This document shows positions 38,704 to 48,800 of a DNA stretch of 64,000 bases, piece by piece. A program made the position numbers and the translations under genes. The stretch spans positions 743-64,742 of the forward strand of contig CAYNTF010000002.1 in assembly GCA_964400145.1 (NCBI GenBank), in the 5' to 3' direction. The notes under the pieces were generated by a model. That model made no database searches and was not told the DNA's origin. It saw only the letters and a program-made list of their open reading frames with translations. The stretch is from an uncultured Lachnospiraceae bacterium (GTDB lineage Bacteria > Bacillota > Clostridia > Christensenellales > UBA1242). Position 1 is the stretch's first letter. Every line of letters starts with the position of its first letter.

Positions 38704-38731
38704 AAAAAAATAGGGTGTTTTTAGCACCCTA
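38704..38731 (-). terminator. rho-independent terminator overlapping the uvrA stop codon
   Basis: Minus strand reads TAGGGTG-ctaaaaa-CACCCTA (perfect 7 bp; the 5' arm contains the codons ..L G C) followed by T7. Confidence 0.8.
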
Positions 38732-41537
38732 ATATTTTTTTCAAAAATTTTCCGGTATGACTATTTTCGTTTTTGGCAATGTCCTCAGGTGTTCCGGTTG
38801 CAACAATCGTGCCTCCTTCATCTCCGCCTTCTGGCCCAAGGTCAATGATGTAGTCCGCGCACTTTATGACATCCAAATTGTGTTCAATCACAACCACAGA
38901 GTTGCCATTTCCAATCAACCTTTGCAGAATGGAAATAAGTTTTTTCACATCATACATATGAAGTCCTGTCGTTGGTTCGTCCAAAATATACATCGTTTTG
39001 CCGGTATCTTTTCTTGAAAGTTCTGTGGCAAGTTTCACGCGTTGTGCCTCGCCCCCAGACAAAGTTGTTGCAGGTTGACCAAGTTTGATATATGACAACC
39101 CAACATCATACAGCGTTTGAATTTTGCTTCGTATTGAAGGAATGTTCTCAAAAAACTTGAGCGCTTCTTCCACCGTCATATCCAGCACATCACTGATTGT
39201 CTTGCCCTTATATTTAACTTCCAAAGTTTCGCGATTATATCTCTTGCCGTGACAAACTTCACAAGGCACGGTGATGTCTGGCAAGAAATACATCTCAATT
39301 TCTTTCACACCCGCACCTTCGCAAGTTTCGCATCGTCCACCTTTGATGTTAAACGAAAATCGTCCCGCTCCAAAACCACGCGCATTGGCATCTGGCGTGC
39401 CCGCAAAAAGTTCTCTTATTGCCGTGAAGACGCCGGTGTATGTTGCAGGATTGCTTCGCGGAGTTCTTCCAATCGGGGCTTGGTCAATGTTGATGACCTT
39501 GTCCAAAACTTCAATGTTTTTAATCTCTTTAAAATCACCAAATTCAATTTTGCTGTTGTTTAAATTGTTTGAAAGATATGGAAAGAGAATGCCGTTGATT
39601 AAACTTGATTTTCCACTCCCAGACACACCCGTTATGCAAGTTAAAATGCCTGTTGGAATTTTGATGTCCACATTTTTCAAATTATTTTCTTTTGCGCCAA
39701 TGACTGTGATAAAATCCCTAGGCTCTCGTCGTTGCGCTGGAACTTCAATTTTCTCTTCTCCGCGCAAAAATTTTGCGGTAATGGACTTTTTGTTCTTCAT
39801 CACCTGTTCCACAGTCCCCGCAGCAACAATTCCTCCACCATGAATTCCTGCATATGGTCCAACATCGACCAAAAATTCAGCCGACCTTATGGTGTCTTCG
39901 TCGTGTTCAACCACAATCAAGGTGTTTCCCAAATTTTTCAAGTTTTTCAAGGCAGACAAAAGTTTTTCATTATCGCGTTGATGAAGCCCGATGGAAGGTT
40001 CATCCAAAATGTAAAGAACTCCCACAAGTCCACTTCCAATCTGCGTTGCTAGACGAATTCTTTGCGCTTCGCCACCAGACAGACTTTCTGCCGAACGATT
40101 CAGTGTCAAATATGACAGCCCAACATCTTGCAAAAAGTTCAATCGCGACAAAACTTCTTTAAGAATAGGCTCAGCAATTTGCATTTTTGTTTTGTTGAGC
40201 GGAATATTTTCGAAAATTGGTATCAAATTCTTTATTGAATTGTCGCAATAGTCAAAAATGTCCTTGCGATTGATTTTCACGGACAAAGCACTTTCATTCA
40301 GGCGTTTTCCGTGACAAACCTGACATGTTTGTTCACGCATAAATCGTCCAATCTCAAATTTTGCCCATTCGGAAGTCGTTTCGTTATATCTTCTTCGCAA
40401 ATTATTGACAATTCCTTCAAATGTGACAGAAATCATATGTCGCCCGCGCTCGTTGTCCACTTCAACATCAATCTTGTCACTTCCTGTGCCATAGAGCAAA
40501 ATCTTCACCTTATCTTTCGGCAATTTTTTGACAGGTGTGTTCATGTCAATTCCATATTGTTTAGAAACAGCAGTGAGATAACTGCGTGCCATAGACCCTT
40601 CGTCCATTCTCCAACCTGTCGCGTTGAACGCACCTTCGTTGATTGATAGGTCGGAATGTTTAAGCACGATGTCTTCATCAATATCCATCGTGAACCCCAA
40701 CCCCGAACAGTTTGGACACGCACCATACGGCGCATTAAACGAAAACAATCGCGGACTAATCTCTTCCAATGTCCACCCGCAATTTGCACAAGCGTAATTC
40801 GTGGAAAAAAGTTCAGTTTTTTCATCGGTCGCCACATTGACAAGTCCATCTGCCAACTTCAAAGCAGTTTCAACGCTTCCCGCCAAACGAGCGTCCTTGC
40901 CTTCTTTAAGCGTGATGCGGTCAATGACAACACTTATGTCATGCTTTAAATTTTTGTCAAGTGTGATTGTTTCGTCCAAAGTGAATATTGCTCCATCAAC
41001 TTCAACACGAACATAACCGCTACGCTTCAAACTTGCTAAAAGTTTCTCGTGTCGACCCTTTTGCCCCCTAACAACCGGCGCAAGAATGGTGATTTTTGTG
41101 CCTTCGCCATATTCCTTGATTGCATCAACAATTTGGTCAATGCTCTGCTGTTTAACTTCAAGGTGACAGTGCGGACAATATGGAGTTCCAACGCGCGCAA
41201 AGAGCAAACGAAGATAGTCATAAATCTCCGTCACTGTGCCAACCGTTGAACGCGGATTGCGATTGGTCGTCTTTTGGTCGATTGAAATTGACGGCGAAAG
41301 CCCTTCAATGGAGTCCACATCAGGTTTTTGAGTTGAACCCAAGAACATACGCGCATATGACGACAAACTTTCGATATATCGCCTTTGCCCTTCTGCAAAA
41401 ATTGTTCCAAACGCAAGTGAACTTTTGCCCGAACCACTCACGCCTGTAAAGACAATAAATTTGTCGCGTGGAATTTCCAAGTTGACATTTTTGAGATTGT
41501 TTTCCCTTGCACCTTTGATTATAATTGAATTTTTCAT
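38721..41537 (-). CDS. uvrA: excinuclease ABC subunit A
   Basis: 938 aa. Two ABC modules (GVSGSGKSSLAF and GVSGSGKSSLIN; LSGGEAQRIRLA and LSGGEAQRVKLA), CxxC zinc modules (CPHC, CANC...CPNC, CETCEG...CEVCHG). Confidence 0.98.
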   Translation of the reverse strand: MKNSIIIKGARENNLKNVNLEIPRDKFIVFTGVSGSGKSSLAFGTIFAEGQRRYIESLSSYARMFLGSTQKPDVDSIEGLSPSISIDQKTTNRNPRSTVGTVTEIYDYLRLLFARVGTPYCPHCHLEVKQQSIDQIVDAIKEYGEGTKITILAPVVRGQKGRHEKLLASLKRSGYVRVEVDGAIFTLDETITLDKNLKHDISVVIDRITLKEGKDARLAGSVETALKLADGLVNVATDEKTELFSTNYACANCGWTLEEISPRLFSFNAPYGACPNCSGLGFTMDIDEDIVLKHSDLSINEGAFNATGWRMDEGSMARSYLTAVSKQYGIDMNTPVKKLPKDKVKILLYGTGSDKIDVEVDNERGRHMISVTFEGIVNNLRRRYNETTSEWAKFEIGRFMREQTCQVCHGKRLNESALSVKINRKDIFDYCDNSIKNLIPIFENIPLNKTKMQIAEPILKEVLSRLNFLQDVGLSYLTLNRSAESLSGGEAQRIRLATQIGSGLVGVLYILDEPSIGLHQRDNEKLLSALKNLKNLGNTLIVVEHDEDTIRSAEFLVDVGPYAGIHGGGIVAAGTVEQVMKNKKSITAKFLRGEEKIEVPAQRREPRDFITVIGAKENNLKNVDIKIPTGILTCITGVSGSGKSSLINGILFPYLSNNLNNSKIEFGDFKEIKNIEVLDKVINIDQAPIGRTPRSNPATYTGVFTAIRELFAGTPDANARGFGAGRFSFNIKGGRCETCEGAGVKEIEMYFLPDITVPCEVCHGKRYNRETLEVKYKGKTISDVLDMTVEEALKFFENIPSIRSKIQTLYDVGLSYIKLGQPATTLSGGEAQRVKLATELSRKDTGKTMYILDEPTTGLHMYDVKKLISILQRLIGNGNSVVVIEHNLDVIKCADYIIDLGPEGGDEGGTIVATGTPEDIAKNENSHTGKFLKKILGC

Positions 41538-41594
41538 TATTTTTCCTTTTTTCGTTTTAATCCTTTAAATCTTAACACTTCAAATTCGCCAATT

Positions 41595-41623
41595 ATTATA
41601 GCACATTTTGTGAAAATAAACAA
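41595..41623 (-). promoter_or_regulatory. extended -10 promoter for uvrA
   Basis: Minus strand reads TTGTTT (41618-41623), 17-nt spacer ending in TGC, TATAAT (41595-41600). A ~55-nt leader with AAAGGAAAAA SD follows. No GAAC-N4-GTTC SOS box seen in 41538-41753. Confidence 0.55.
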
Positions 41624-41753
41624 AAATTGTGTATGTTTCTATTTAACTTTTTCAAAATTCTATTTTTTCATATTTGACCCTAAAAATGCAAAAAACACAA
41701 TATTTTTTTCGTTTTTTTATGTTTTTTTGCTAAAAAAATATATTTTTTCAAAT

Positions 41754-43724
41754 TCACTCAATTTTATCTTTTCGATTTAAGCGCTTTTTCAACTTATCAA
41801 TTTTGTTTCTAAGTTCAATGGCGCGCTCAAAATCAAGTTGCGACGAAGCGATTTTCATCATGGAAGTCAAGCGGTCAATTTCCCTTGGAATATCCTTTTT
41901 GGCAATCGTTTTGTCTTCCACCTTTTTGGATATGTCAAGAGTGTTTTTGATTTCTTTGATTATCGTCTTTGGCACAATTCCATTTTCTTCGTTAAATTTT
42001 TCTTGAATGGAACGACGACGCTCGGTTTCGTCAATCGCCTTTTGCATAGACTTGGTCACAACATCTGCAAACATGATCACACGACCATTTGCGTTTCGTG
42101 CCGCTCTTCCAATCGTTTGAATAAGCGCACCTTCGCTTCGAAGAAACCCTTCTTTGTCCGCATCCAAAATACACACAAGTTCCACTTCTGGCATATCAAG
42201 TCCTTCTCTCAAAAGATTGATGCCCACCAAAATATCAAACTCGCCCTGTCGCAAACCGTTGATGATTTCCACTCTTTCCATTGTGTCGATTTCGCTGTGC
42301 AAATATTTCACCTTAAACTTTCGGTCAGCCAGATATGTTGTCAAACTTTCCGCCATTTTTTTTGTTAAGGTTGTGACAAGCACACGCGCACCACGGTCAA
42401 TCGTCTTGCGACATTCTTGCATAAGAACTTCAATTTGATTTTTGATTGGTCGCACTTCAATTTTTGGGTCAAGAAGTCCTGTTGGACGAATGACCTGTTC
42501 GACAACCTGCCCTGCCTTGCTCAACTCGTATGGCCCCGGCGTTGCCGAAACATAGATTGTTTGCTTCAACTTTTTTTCGAACTCATCAAATTTCAAAGGT
42601 CTGTTATCACGCGCCGCTTCCAAGCGAAAACCATATTCCACCAAAGAATTTTTGCGTGCCTTGTCGCCGTTATACATCGCGCGCACTTGCGGAATGGTCA
42701 TGTGGCTTTCATCAATGATTGTCAAAAAATCATTTGGAAAATAATCAATCAGCGTGTATGGTGCTTCGCCTGGTTTTCGCCCATCGAAATAGCGGGAATA
42801 GTTTTCAATTCCACTGCAATAGCCCACTTCTTTCATCATTTCAAGGTCATAAGCCACGCGTTGACCGATGCGCTCTGCTTCCAAAGGTTTTCCATGCGCT
42901 TCAAAGTCCTTTATCGCCTTTTCTCTGTCAGTTTCAATTTGAGCAATGGCATTATGCAATGTGTTACTGCCAACCGCATAGTGTGTTGCTGGATAGATAG
43001 CCACAAAACTGACTTCGTTTAACAAATTTCCACTGACAGGGTCGAACTCATAAATTTTTTCAATTTCATCACCAAAAAATTGCACACGAATTGCCATTTC
43101 GCTGGAATTTGCAGGGAAAATATCCACCACATCTCCCTTCACCCGAAATGTCGTGCGCTTGAAATCAATGTCGTTTCGCGTATATTGAATCGAGATGAGA
43201 TGATTGATTAACTCATCGCGGTCAAACTCTTCACCTTCACGAAGCGCTATGTGAAGGTTGCGATATTCTTCTGGACTTCCCAAACCATATATACAAGAAA
43301 CTGATGCCACCACAATGGTGTCCCTGCGCTCCAAAAGCGAAGAAGTGGCGGAAGAGCGCAGTTTGTCGATATCTTCGTTGACACTCATATCTTTTTCGAT
43401 GTATGTGTCCGTGGAAACGATATACGCTTCTGGTTGATAATAGTCATAATAAGAAACAAAATATTCCACACGATTATTCGGAAAAAACTCCCGAAATTCA
43501 TTGCAAAGTTGTGCCGCCAATGTCTTGTTGTGCGCAATCACAAGAGTCGGCTTTTGCACTTTTTCAATGATATTCGCCATTGTGTAGGTTTTTCCAGAAC
43601 CCGTAACCCCCAAAAGCACTTGGTCTTTCAACCCATCTTCAATTCCTTCCACCAAATTCTGAATGGCTTGCGGTTGGTCGCCCGCAGGTTTATATTTTGA
43701 AACCAACTTAAATCTTTCTTCCAT
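41754..43724 (-). CDS. uvrB: excinuclease ABC subunit B
   Basis: [42 protein letters not shown], helicase C motifs, C-terminal UVR domain ([13 protein letters not shown]). The ORF-track start at 43742 is a TTG. I prefer the ATG at 43724 (MEERFKL). Confidence 0.97.
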   Translation of the reverse strand: MEERFKLVSKYKPAGDQPQAIQNLVEGIEDGLKDQVLLGVTGSGKTYTMANIIEKVQKPTLVIAHNKTLAAQLCNEFREFFPNNRVEYFVSYYDYYQPEAYIVSTDTYIEKDMSVNEDIDKLRSSATSSLLERRDTIVVASVSCIYGLGSPEEYRNLHIALREGEEFDRDELINHLISIQYTRNDIDFKRTTFRVKGDVVDIFPANSSEMAIRVQFFGDEIEKIYEFDPVSGNLLNEVSFVAIYPATHYAVGSNTLHNAIAQIETDREKAIKDFEAHGKPLEAERIGQRVAYDLEMMKEVGYCSGIENYSRYFDGRKPGEAPYTLIDYFPNDFLTIIDESHMTIPQVRAMYNGDKARKNSLVEYGFRLEAARDNRPLKFDEFEKKLKQTIYVSATPGPYELSKAGQVVEQVIRPTGLLDPKIEVRPIKNQIEVLMQECRKTIDRGARVLVTTLTKKMAESLTTYLADRKFKVKYLHSEIDTMERVEIINGLRQGEFDILVGINLLREGLDMPEVELVCILDADKEGFLRSEGALIQTIGRAARNANGRVIMFADVVTKSMQKAIDETERRRSIQEKFNEENGIVPKTIIKEIKNTLDISKKVEDKTIAKKDIPREIDRLTSMMKIASSQLDFERAIELRNKIDKLKKRLNRKDKIE

Positions 43725-43730
43725 GCCAAT

Positions 43731-43739
43731 ATTATACCA
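43731..43739 (-). promoter_or_regulatory. extended -10 element 6 nt upstream of the uvrB ATG (candidate leaderless transcript)
   Basis: Minus strand reads TGG-TATAAT (43731-43739), attggc, ATG (43724). Poor -35 (ATGGCT). No SD. Confidence 0.45.
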
Positions 43740-43931
43740 CAAAAAACATAAAAAGCCATACCAAATCGTCTTTTTTTATCATTTGTTTTTTCTATTTTTC
43801 AAATCTCAAACACAATTTTGAATTTCAAATTCGCTTTTCAAAATTAAATTCAAGGGAAAGGACGCCCTTTTACTATGGAAAAACATTCTGTGATAAATTA
43901 ATACATCACACTCAAAATACAAAAGTGAAAA

Positions 43932-44318
43932 TTAAAGAAAATTTAAAACATAATAGCAAATCACAATGCCCAATGTTGTCCCCAAAAGTGCCGAAAAAAA
44001 GGAAAGTATCACCCAAGCCCAATTAATATTTTTCGATTTGTGTTTTGACTGTTTAATTTTTTTAGGTTTTTCGTTCTCCAAAATTTCAAAGCCATAGGGC
44101 AAAATCGAAAGGCAAAAGACATCATCTTCGTCATATTTTATCGAAATGATGTCTTGGCGCTCCAAATATGTCAAAATATGCTTGACCGCCTCGCTATCCA
44201 TACGAAAACGCTTAGGCAGTGCCATTATGATATCCGCAATTTCAACAATTTTATAACTCCCGTCACCCGCCTCTTTCGCCAAAATTGAAAGGACAAGTCT
44301 TGATTTGGTGTCAATCAT
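43932..44318 (-). CDS. small winged-helix-like protein with a C-terminal transmembrane anchor
   Basis: 128 aa. N-terminal ~80 aa has a wHTH-like pattern (SRLVLSILAKEAG..YKIVEIADIIMALPKRF..SEAVKHILTYLERQDIISI), a basic linker KPKKIKQSKHKSK, then the TM helix WAWVILSFFSALLGTTLGIVICYYVL. Family not recognised. Confidence 0.55.
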   Translation of the reverse strand: MIDTKSRLVLSILAKEAGDGSYKIVEIADIIMALPKRFRMDSEAVKHILTYLERQDIISIKYDEDDVFCLSILPYGFEILENEKPKKIKQSKHKSKNINWAWVILSFFSALLGTTLGIVICYYVLNFL

Positions 44319-44463
44319 ACAAATTATTTTTGCGTAAAAGCGCTATTCTTATTCATCAAATTATTTACATAAAAACACCGTTCTCACTCATCAAAATTGA
44401 CGCCGAATATTTTTGATATCATAATGGAAAAATAAAAGAAAAACGCGGAGGGAAAAGATATAA

Positions 44464-44823
44464 ATGACCAGAAAAGAGCGCATGGTTATGTCATATCTAT
44501 GCAACAGATGTCAGCAAAAGCGGACATATCTGATTTCTCCGCAAGAAATAACCCAAGCGCTGTCAAAGCGATTTGTGTTATCTGTGGAAGAAATTGACGA
44601 AATCATGGTCACTCTTGCCAACGAAAATTTCATTGATTTTGTCGTTTCGGAAAGTAAAAAGGGATATTATTATTGCGTAAACTTGAAAAAGAGCGGACAG
44701 ACATATAACGCTGACACAAAAAAGAACCGACGGACTTTTGGTCTGTTGGTTCTTCGTAGCATTTTTCTTGCCACAGTCAGTTTTGTTTTTGGCGTAATAC
44801 TCAAAGCCATATTCAAAAACTGA
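44464..44823 (+). CDS. paralogous small winged-helix-like protein with a C-terminal transmembrane anchor
   Basis: 119 aa. It aligns by eye with the 128-aa neighbour (KERMVMSYL / KSRLVLSIL; ALSKRF / ALPKRF; then a basic linker and the TM helix LLVLRSIFLATVSFVFGVIL). GGAGGG SD. Confidence 0.55.
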   Translation: MTRKERMVMSYLCNRCQQKRTYLISPQEITQALSKRFVLSVEEIDEIMVTLANENFIDFVVSESKKGYYYCVNLKKSGQTYNADTKKNRRTFGLLVLRSIFLATVSFVFGVILKAIFKN

Positions 44824-44943
44824 ATTTTTTTGAAAAAATAGGAAAATTTGCACTTTTGCACATATGAAAATATGTTCAAAAGTTTTTATTTGTTGCAAGT
44901 TCATCATTGCTCAACATGAAATTATCGCATAAAAGCAAAAATG

Positions 44944-45765
44944 TCAATTTTTGTCAGCACTGGCAATTTCCAAAAATGCCTTTTTCAAATCTTCGACATC
45001 ATAATAGACGCGAACCATTTTGCCGTTTGCCATGCTATACACTCCGTCTTGACCGACAATGTAAGAATCAATCAGTTCCACGCCACAATTCTGACAAAAT
45101 TCTTTGATTGAATCGAAAGAATCTGCGTCCGCAACGGAAGGCAATGCCGTGCTGTATGGATGACAATGAGCAACAACCAAAGATGCAGGTTTTGACTGAG
45201 CGAGAAAACTTGAAATATCTTGCAAAGTCACAGTGACATTTGAAGAACTACTCAAATTGATAATTCTCTTGTGAGTGATGTATCTTGAAGGACTGATTGC
45301 AATAAACAGCAAATTTTCGACAGTTTTGAAACGCAAGTGTTCTTCAACGATATCAATAATCAAACTCAGATTGTCAAGATAGACCTTCTTGCTCATATTG
45401 GCGGTTGAATAGTAATAAAACAAATCTTGAAAAATGGAAATCATTTGTGCAGAGCGTTCATTTATGCCACGAACGCGTTTAAGTTCATCAACAGAAGCGC
45501 AGACAATTTGCGTGAAATTCCCAAACCTGTCAATAAGCCTGTGCGCCAAAGGATTGACATCTCCACGCGGAAAGATGTAAGTCAAGAACAACTCCACCGC
45601 CTGAAAGTCGGAGAGATTGTCGATACCAGCCTTTTTGACCAGTTCCAACAATCTCGTTCTGTGTCCAGCGTGAATGTTGTTTTCTGAAGTTGGCTTCTTC
45701 TTGGGCTTTTTGTGAGTCTTTTTGACATCAAATTCAGTGACATAAATCTTCTCTTCCTTTTCCAT
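44944..45765 (-). CDS. RadC-like JAB-domain protein, divergent paralog, immediately downstream of GP2
   Basis: GHRTRLLELV, DVNPLAHRLIDRFGNF (compare DVNPLAHRLLDKYGNF in the radC at 36743), HhH ELKRVRGINERSA, variant JAB motif LVVAHCHPYSTALPSVADADSF. I prefer the ATG at 45765 (MEKEEK), preceded by AAAGGAGAAA, over 45804. Confidence 0.8.
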   Translation of the reverse strand: MEKEEKIYVTEFDVKKTHKKPKKKPTSENNIHAGHRTRLLELVKKAGIDNLSDFQAVELFLTYIFPRGDVNPLAHRLIDRFGNFTQIVCASVDELKRVRGINERSAQMISIFQDLFYYYSTANMSKKVYLDNLSLIIDIVEEHLRFKTVENLLFIAISPSRYITHKRIINLSSSSNVTVTLQDISSFLAQSKPASLVVAHCHPYSTALPSVADADSFDSIKEFCQNCGVELIDSYIVGQDGVYSMANGKMVRVYYDVEDLKKAFLEIASADKN

Positions 45766-45814
45766 AAAAGTTTCTCCTTTGTTTTTCTCAATTTTCACAA
45801 ACATTCATGTTCAC

Positions 45815-48800
45815 TCAACTTGAACTTGAATCTGCATTTGGGTTCAAAACACCCGAACTTCCAAAACTTCCAGCAGAGTTGACGGTTTCGCCAGAGTTCC
45901 AAGCAATGCCAAGATCTCTAGGCCACAAAGTGCGATAGGTTACTACATGCGAGAATATGTAACGAATTTGGACCTGCCCTCCTGCACCAGAATCTTCACC
46001 ATTTCCTGCACTACCGCCAGTGCCACCCAATCCACCATTATTTAAAGTAAGCCCTGAAAAATTATTATAAATATTATTCTTGATATGATTCATTGTTCCT
46101 GAATAACTATTAGCATCAAATGTAAAATCTCCAGCTAACTTATATGCCGTTCCATATAATTTAAGCCATGCATACTCCTTGTACCAATTAGTTTTTGTGA
46201 TAGCTAGATAGTAAAGGTTTAGAGCCTTACCATCTCCACCTTTTCCACCAGCACTAGTTCCGCCAGCGCCACCGCCACCGCCGGATGTATAAAAGTATCC
46301 GCCAGAATAAGTAGATGTTTCCGCTTCTTCAGGTTCAATTCCAATTGGGTCACTCCTGCTGCTAACAGGATCTCCAGCATATTCAGCTCCATAGCTTGAT
46401 GGATTCTCTAGTTCGTCAATACTATTACCATTGCTGATATAATAGTAATAATATCTTCCAAGACCGCCGATGCCGCCGTTGCCACCAAATTGAGTTTTTT
46501 CATCATCTTCATCATCTTCATCATCAAAATATGATGTTCTTGTGCTGTCTGTGCCGTCTGAATCTGCCACTGTCAATGTCCCTGCATCGCCATTGTCAAA
46601 TGTTCTACCGCCACCGCCACCACCGGTTACAGATCCATTACTAAAACTTCCATTAGCGCCATTTCCGCCATAACCACTTATTCCGCCAATTCCTGAACGA
46701 CAGAATGTCCCTTCAGATTGAACTTCAATGCTTCCGCCCTGTCCGCCTTGTTTACCTGCTCCACCATCAGAACCTGCAGTTGAACCATCTGAGCCATTTC
46801 CACCATTTCCGCCACTGCCAGCGATAATAATGTTATAACTTTCAAAAGTATCTGTCGATGATAAAGAATTTAAATCTGAAAGTATTCTCTCGACATCATT
46901 ACCAGCACTAGAAACAGACCCATCCTTACCATCCAAGCCATCGGCACCGTCAAGTCCATAGAGCGTAACACTGCTTTCCAAATTCGTAATCTTACCACTT
47001 CCAGAATTACGCAACACATAAGTGGTGCCACTATATGAGTAAATATTCCTGAATGTTCCGTAAACCTTGATGTTTGAAAGGCTTCCAGAATTGTTATAAA
47101 TCAAAAGTGCAGAATTGCGTGTCGATCTCGACGGCGATGCTGTGTCTTTCACACTTCCAACAACAACCAAATTGCTTATTGAAGCGGAATTGCTGTTGAA
47201 CAATCCACCAAAATTGTTACCGTCAACACTGTTGGAATATCTCAAAACATAATTATTTCCAATGTAATTTTTGTCATTTGCATCAAAGGAATAATCACCG
47301 ATTGAGATGTCATTTTTAAGCACAATATAGATGAAACTTCCGCTAGAATCACTTGATCCAGTTGTCTCATATAACCCCGACATTGTTTTTGGCTCTTCTG
47401 TGATTTTTAGTATCTCATATGTCACTTCTTCGTAAGGGGTATCTTCGTCATATGTTAATGTCGCACCACTTTCATCAACACTTGTATACGAAGATTCGCC
47501 GTCAACTCTGTAACTATAACTTGTTGTTTCGCTGTTTTTGAGCGTCTCACTTTCAGAATAACCTATGTTGAATGAAGATAATGTCAATGTATCGTCCGCT
47601 GGAATAGTTCCATTGGAAGTTAAGGTGTTATAATCATTTCTCGCAAAATAGATGTTCTTCTCATCATAGTCTGCAACAACCACATCAACAGAAATATCAT
47701 ACTCGCCCAACGATATTTTTTCAAAAACACTTAAATCAGTATTCAATGAAGAATCTTCTTCCCATGTAATCTCAATATCTTCAGATTCACCTATGATAGT
47801 TTCCCTGTATGAATATGCTTTCACACTATTATCGTAATAATCATACTTTTCTGCAGTTATAAAATACAGCTCGGTTCCAGTGGTTGCATTATACTGTAAT
47901 ACATAATACTCAACTGAAATTGCGCCACAAGAATATATGGTATATTCATATTGATATGCCACAGAAGCTGTTTCATCGTCGTTCCAATTTACCACCGACC
48001 AAGATGTCGTCACAGCAGTGCATTCTTCATCGCAGTATGAACAATCGACAACTTCTTCTTTTGTGACTGTATAATATTTTTTTGTTGCGCCATCTTCGCT
48101 TTCAACCGTCAATGACAAAGTGTCCAAGAATTTCCATTGTTCATTGACAGCCTCATCGTCACTTTCGTCACAACTATATTCATTCGAATTTAGAGTGATG
48201 CTCAGAGTATATCCGTTTTTAATATAATCTGAACTGATTGACAAACTGCCTGCCCCTTGCAAGAACGCGACGAGAGAGTCTCCGTCTTTAACTTGAATTT
48301 CATAACCTGTTCCTTCAGTGATGTTGAGTGTTCCACCTTCGAGTTTATAGGTGTATTCAACTTCATAAGTATAGAATTCAACTCCAAAATATGTGTCAGT
48401 TAAGACATTCACTTCTTCAGAATTTATGTCAGAGCCATAATATATCGCCACATTTTCTTCTACACCAAAATTTCCTGAGCCTGAAATATTATAATTTAGA
48501 GTATATCTCAAGTTTTCTTCAACACAATATTCAACACTGTTTGACAGAGCAGAAGTTTCAAACTCTCCCATAAGATTGTAATATACTGTCCAATCAAGCA
48601 TGTTATTAATGAATTCTTGCAGGTCGTCAGAAGTTGCAGAATCGGCAGTGATTGTCAAAACACCACTACTATCATCAACCGAAATACTGATTCCGTCATC
48701 AGCATCGTCCGACACCTTCCATTCTTCGCCATTATAAGTGACTGAATATGAGTCATTGCCAAACGCAAGTTTTGTGGTGCCATTAAGTTTCGAAAGAAGG

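Noticed and set aside
41538-43760. Searched the uvrA and uvrB upstream regions for a Firmicute LexA (Cheo) box GAAC-N4-GTTC.
   Set aside because: No GAAC/GTTC pair is present in either spacer. No SOS-operator call is made. Absence here does not prove the absence of an SOS system.
45815-46965. Whether the GP2 C-terminus is a polymorphic-toxin tip with a downstream immunity gene, or a DGR-diversified variable region.
   Set aside because: I recognised no toxin-like domain. The downstream gene is RadC-like rather than a small immunity protein. There is no reverse transcriptase and no template-repeat copy of the tip anywhere in the window.
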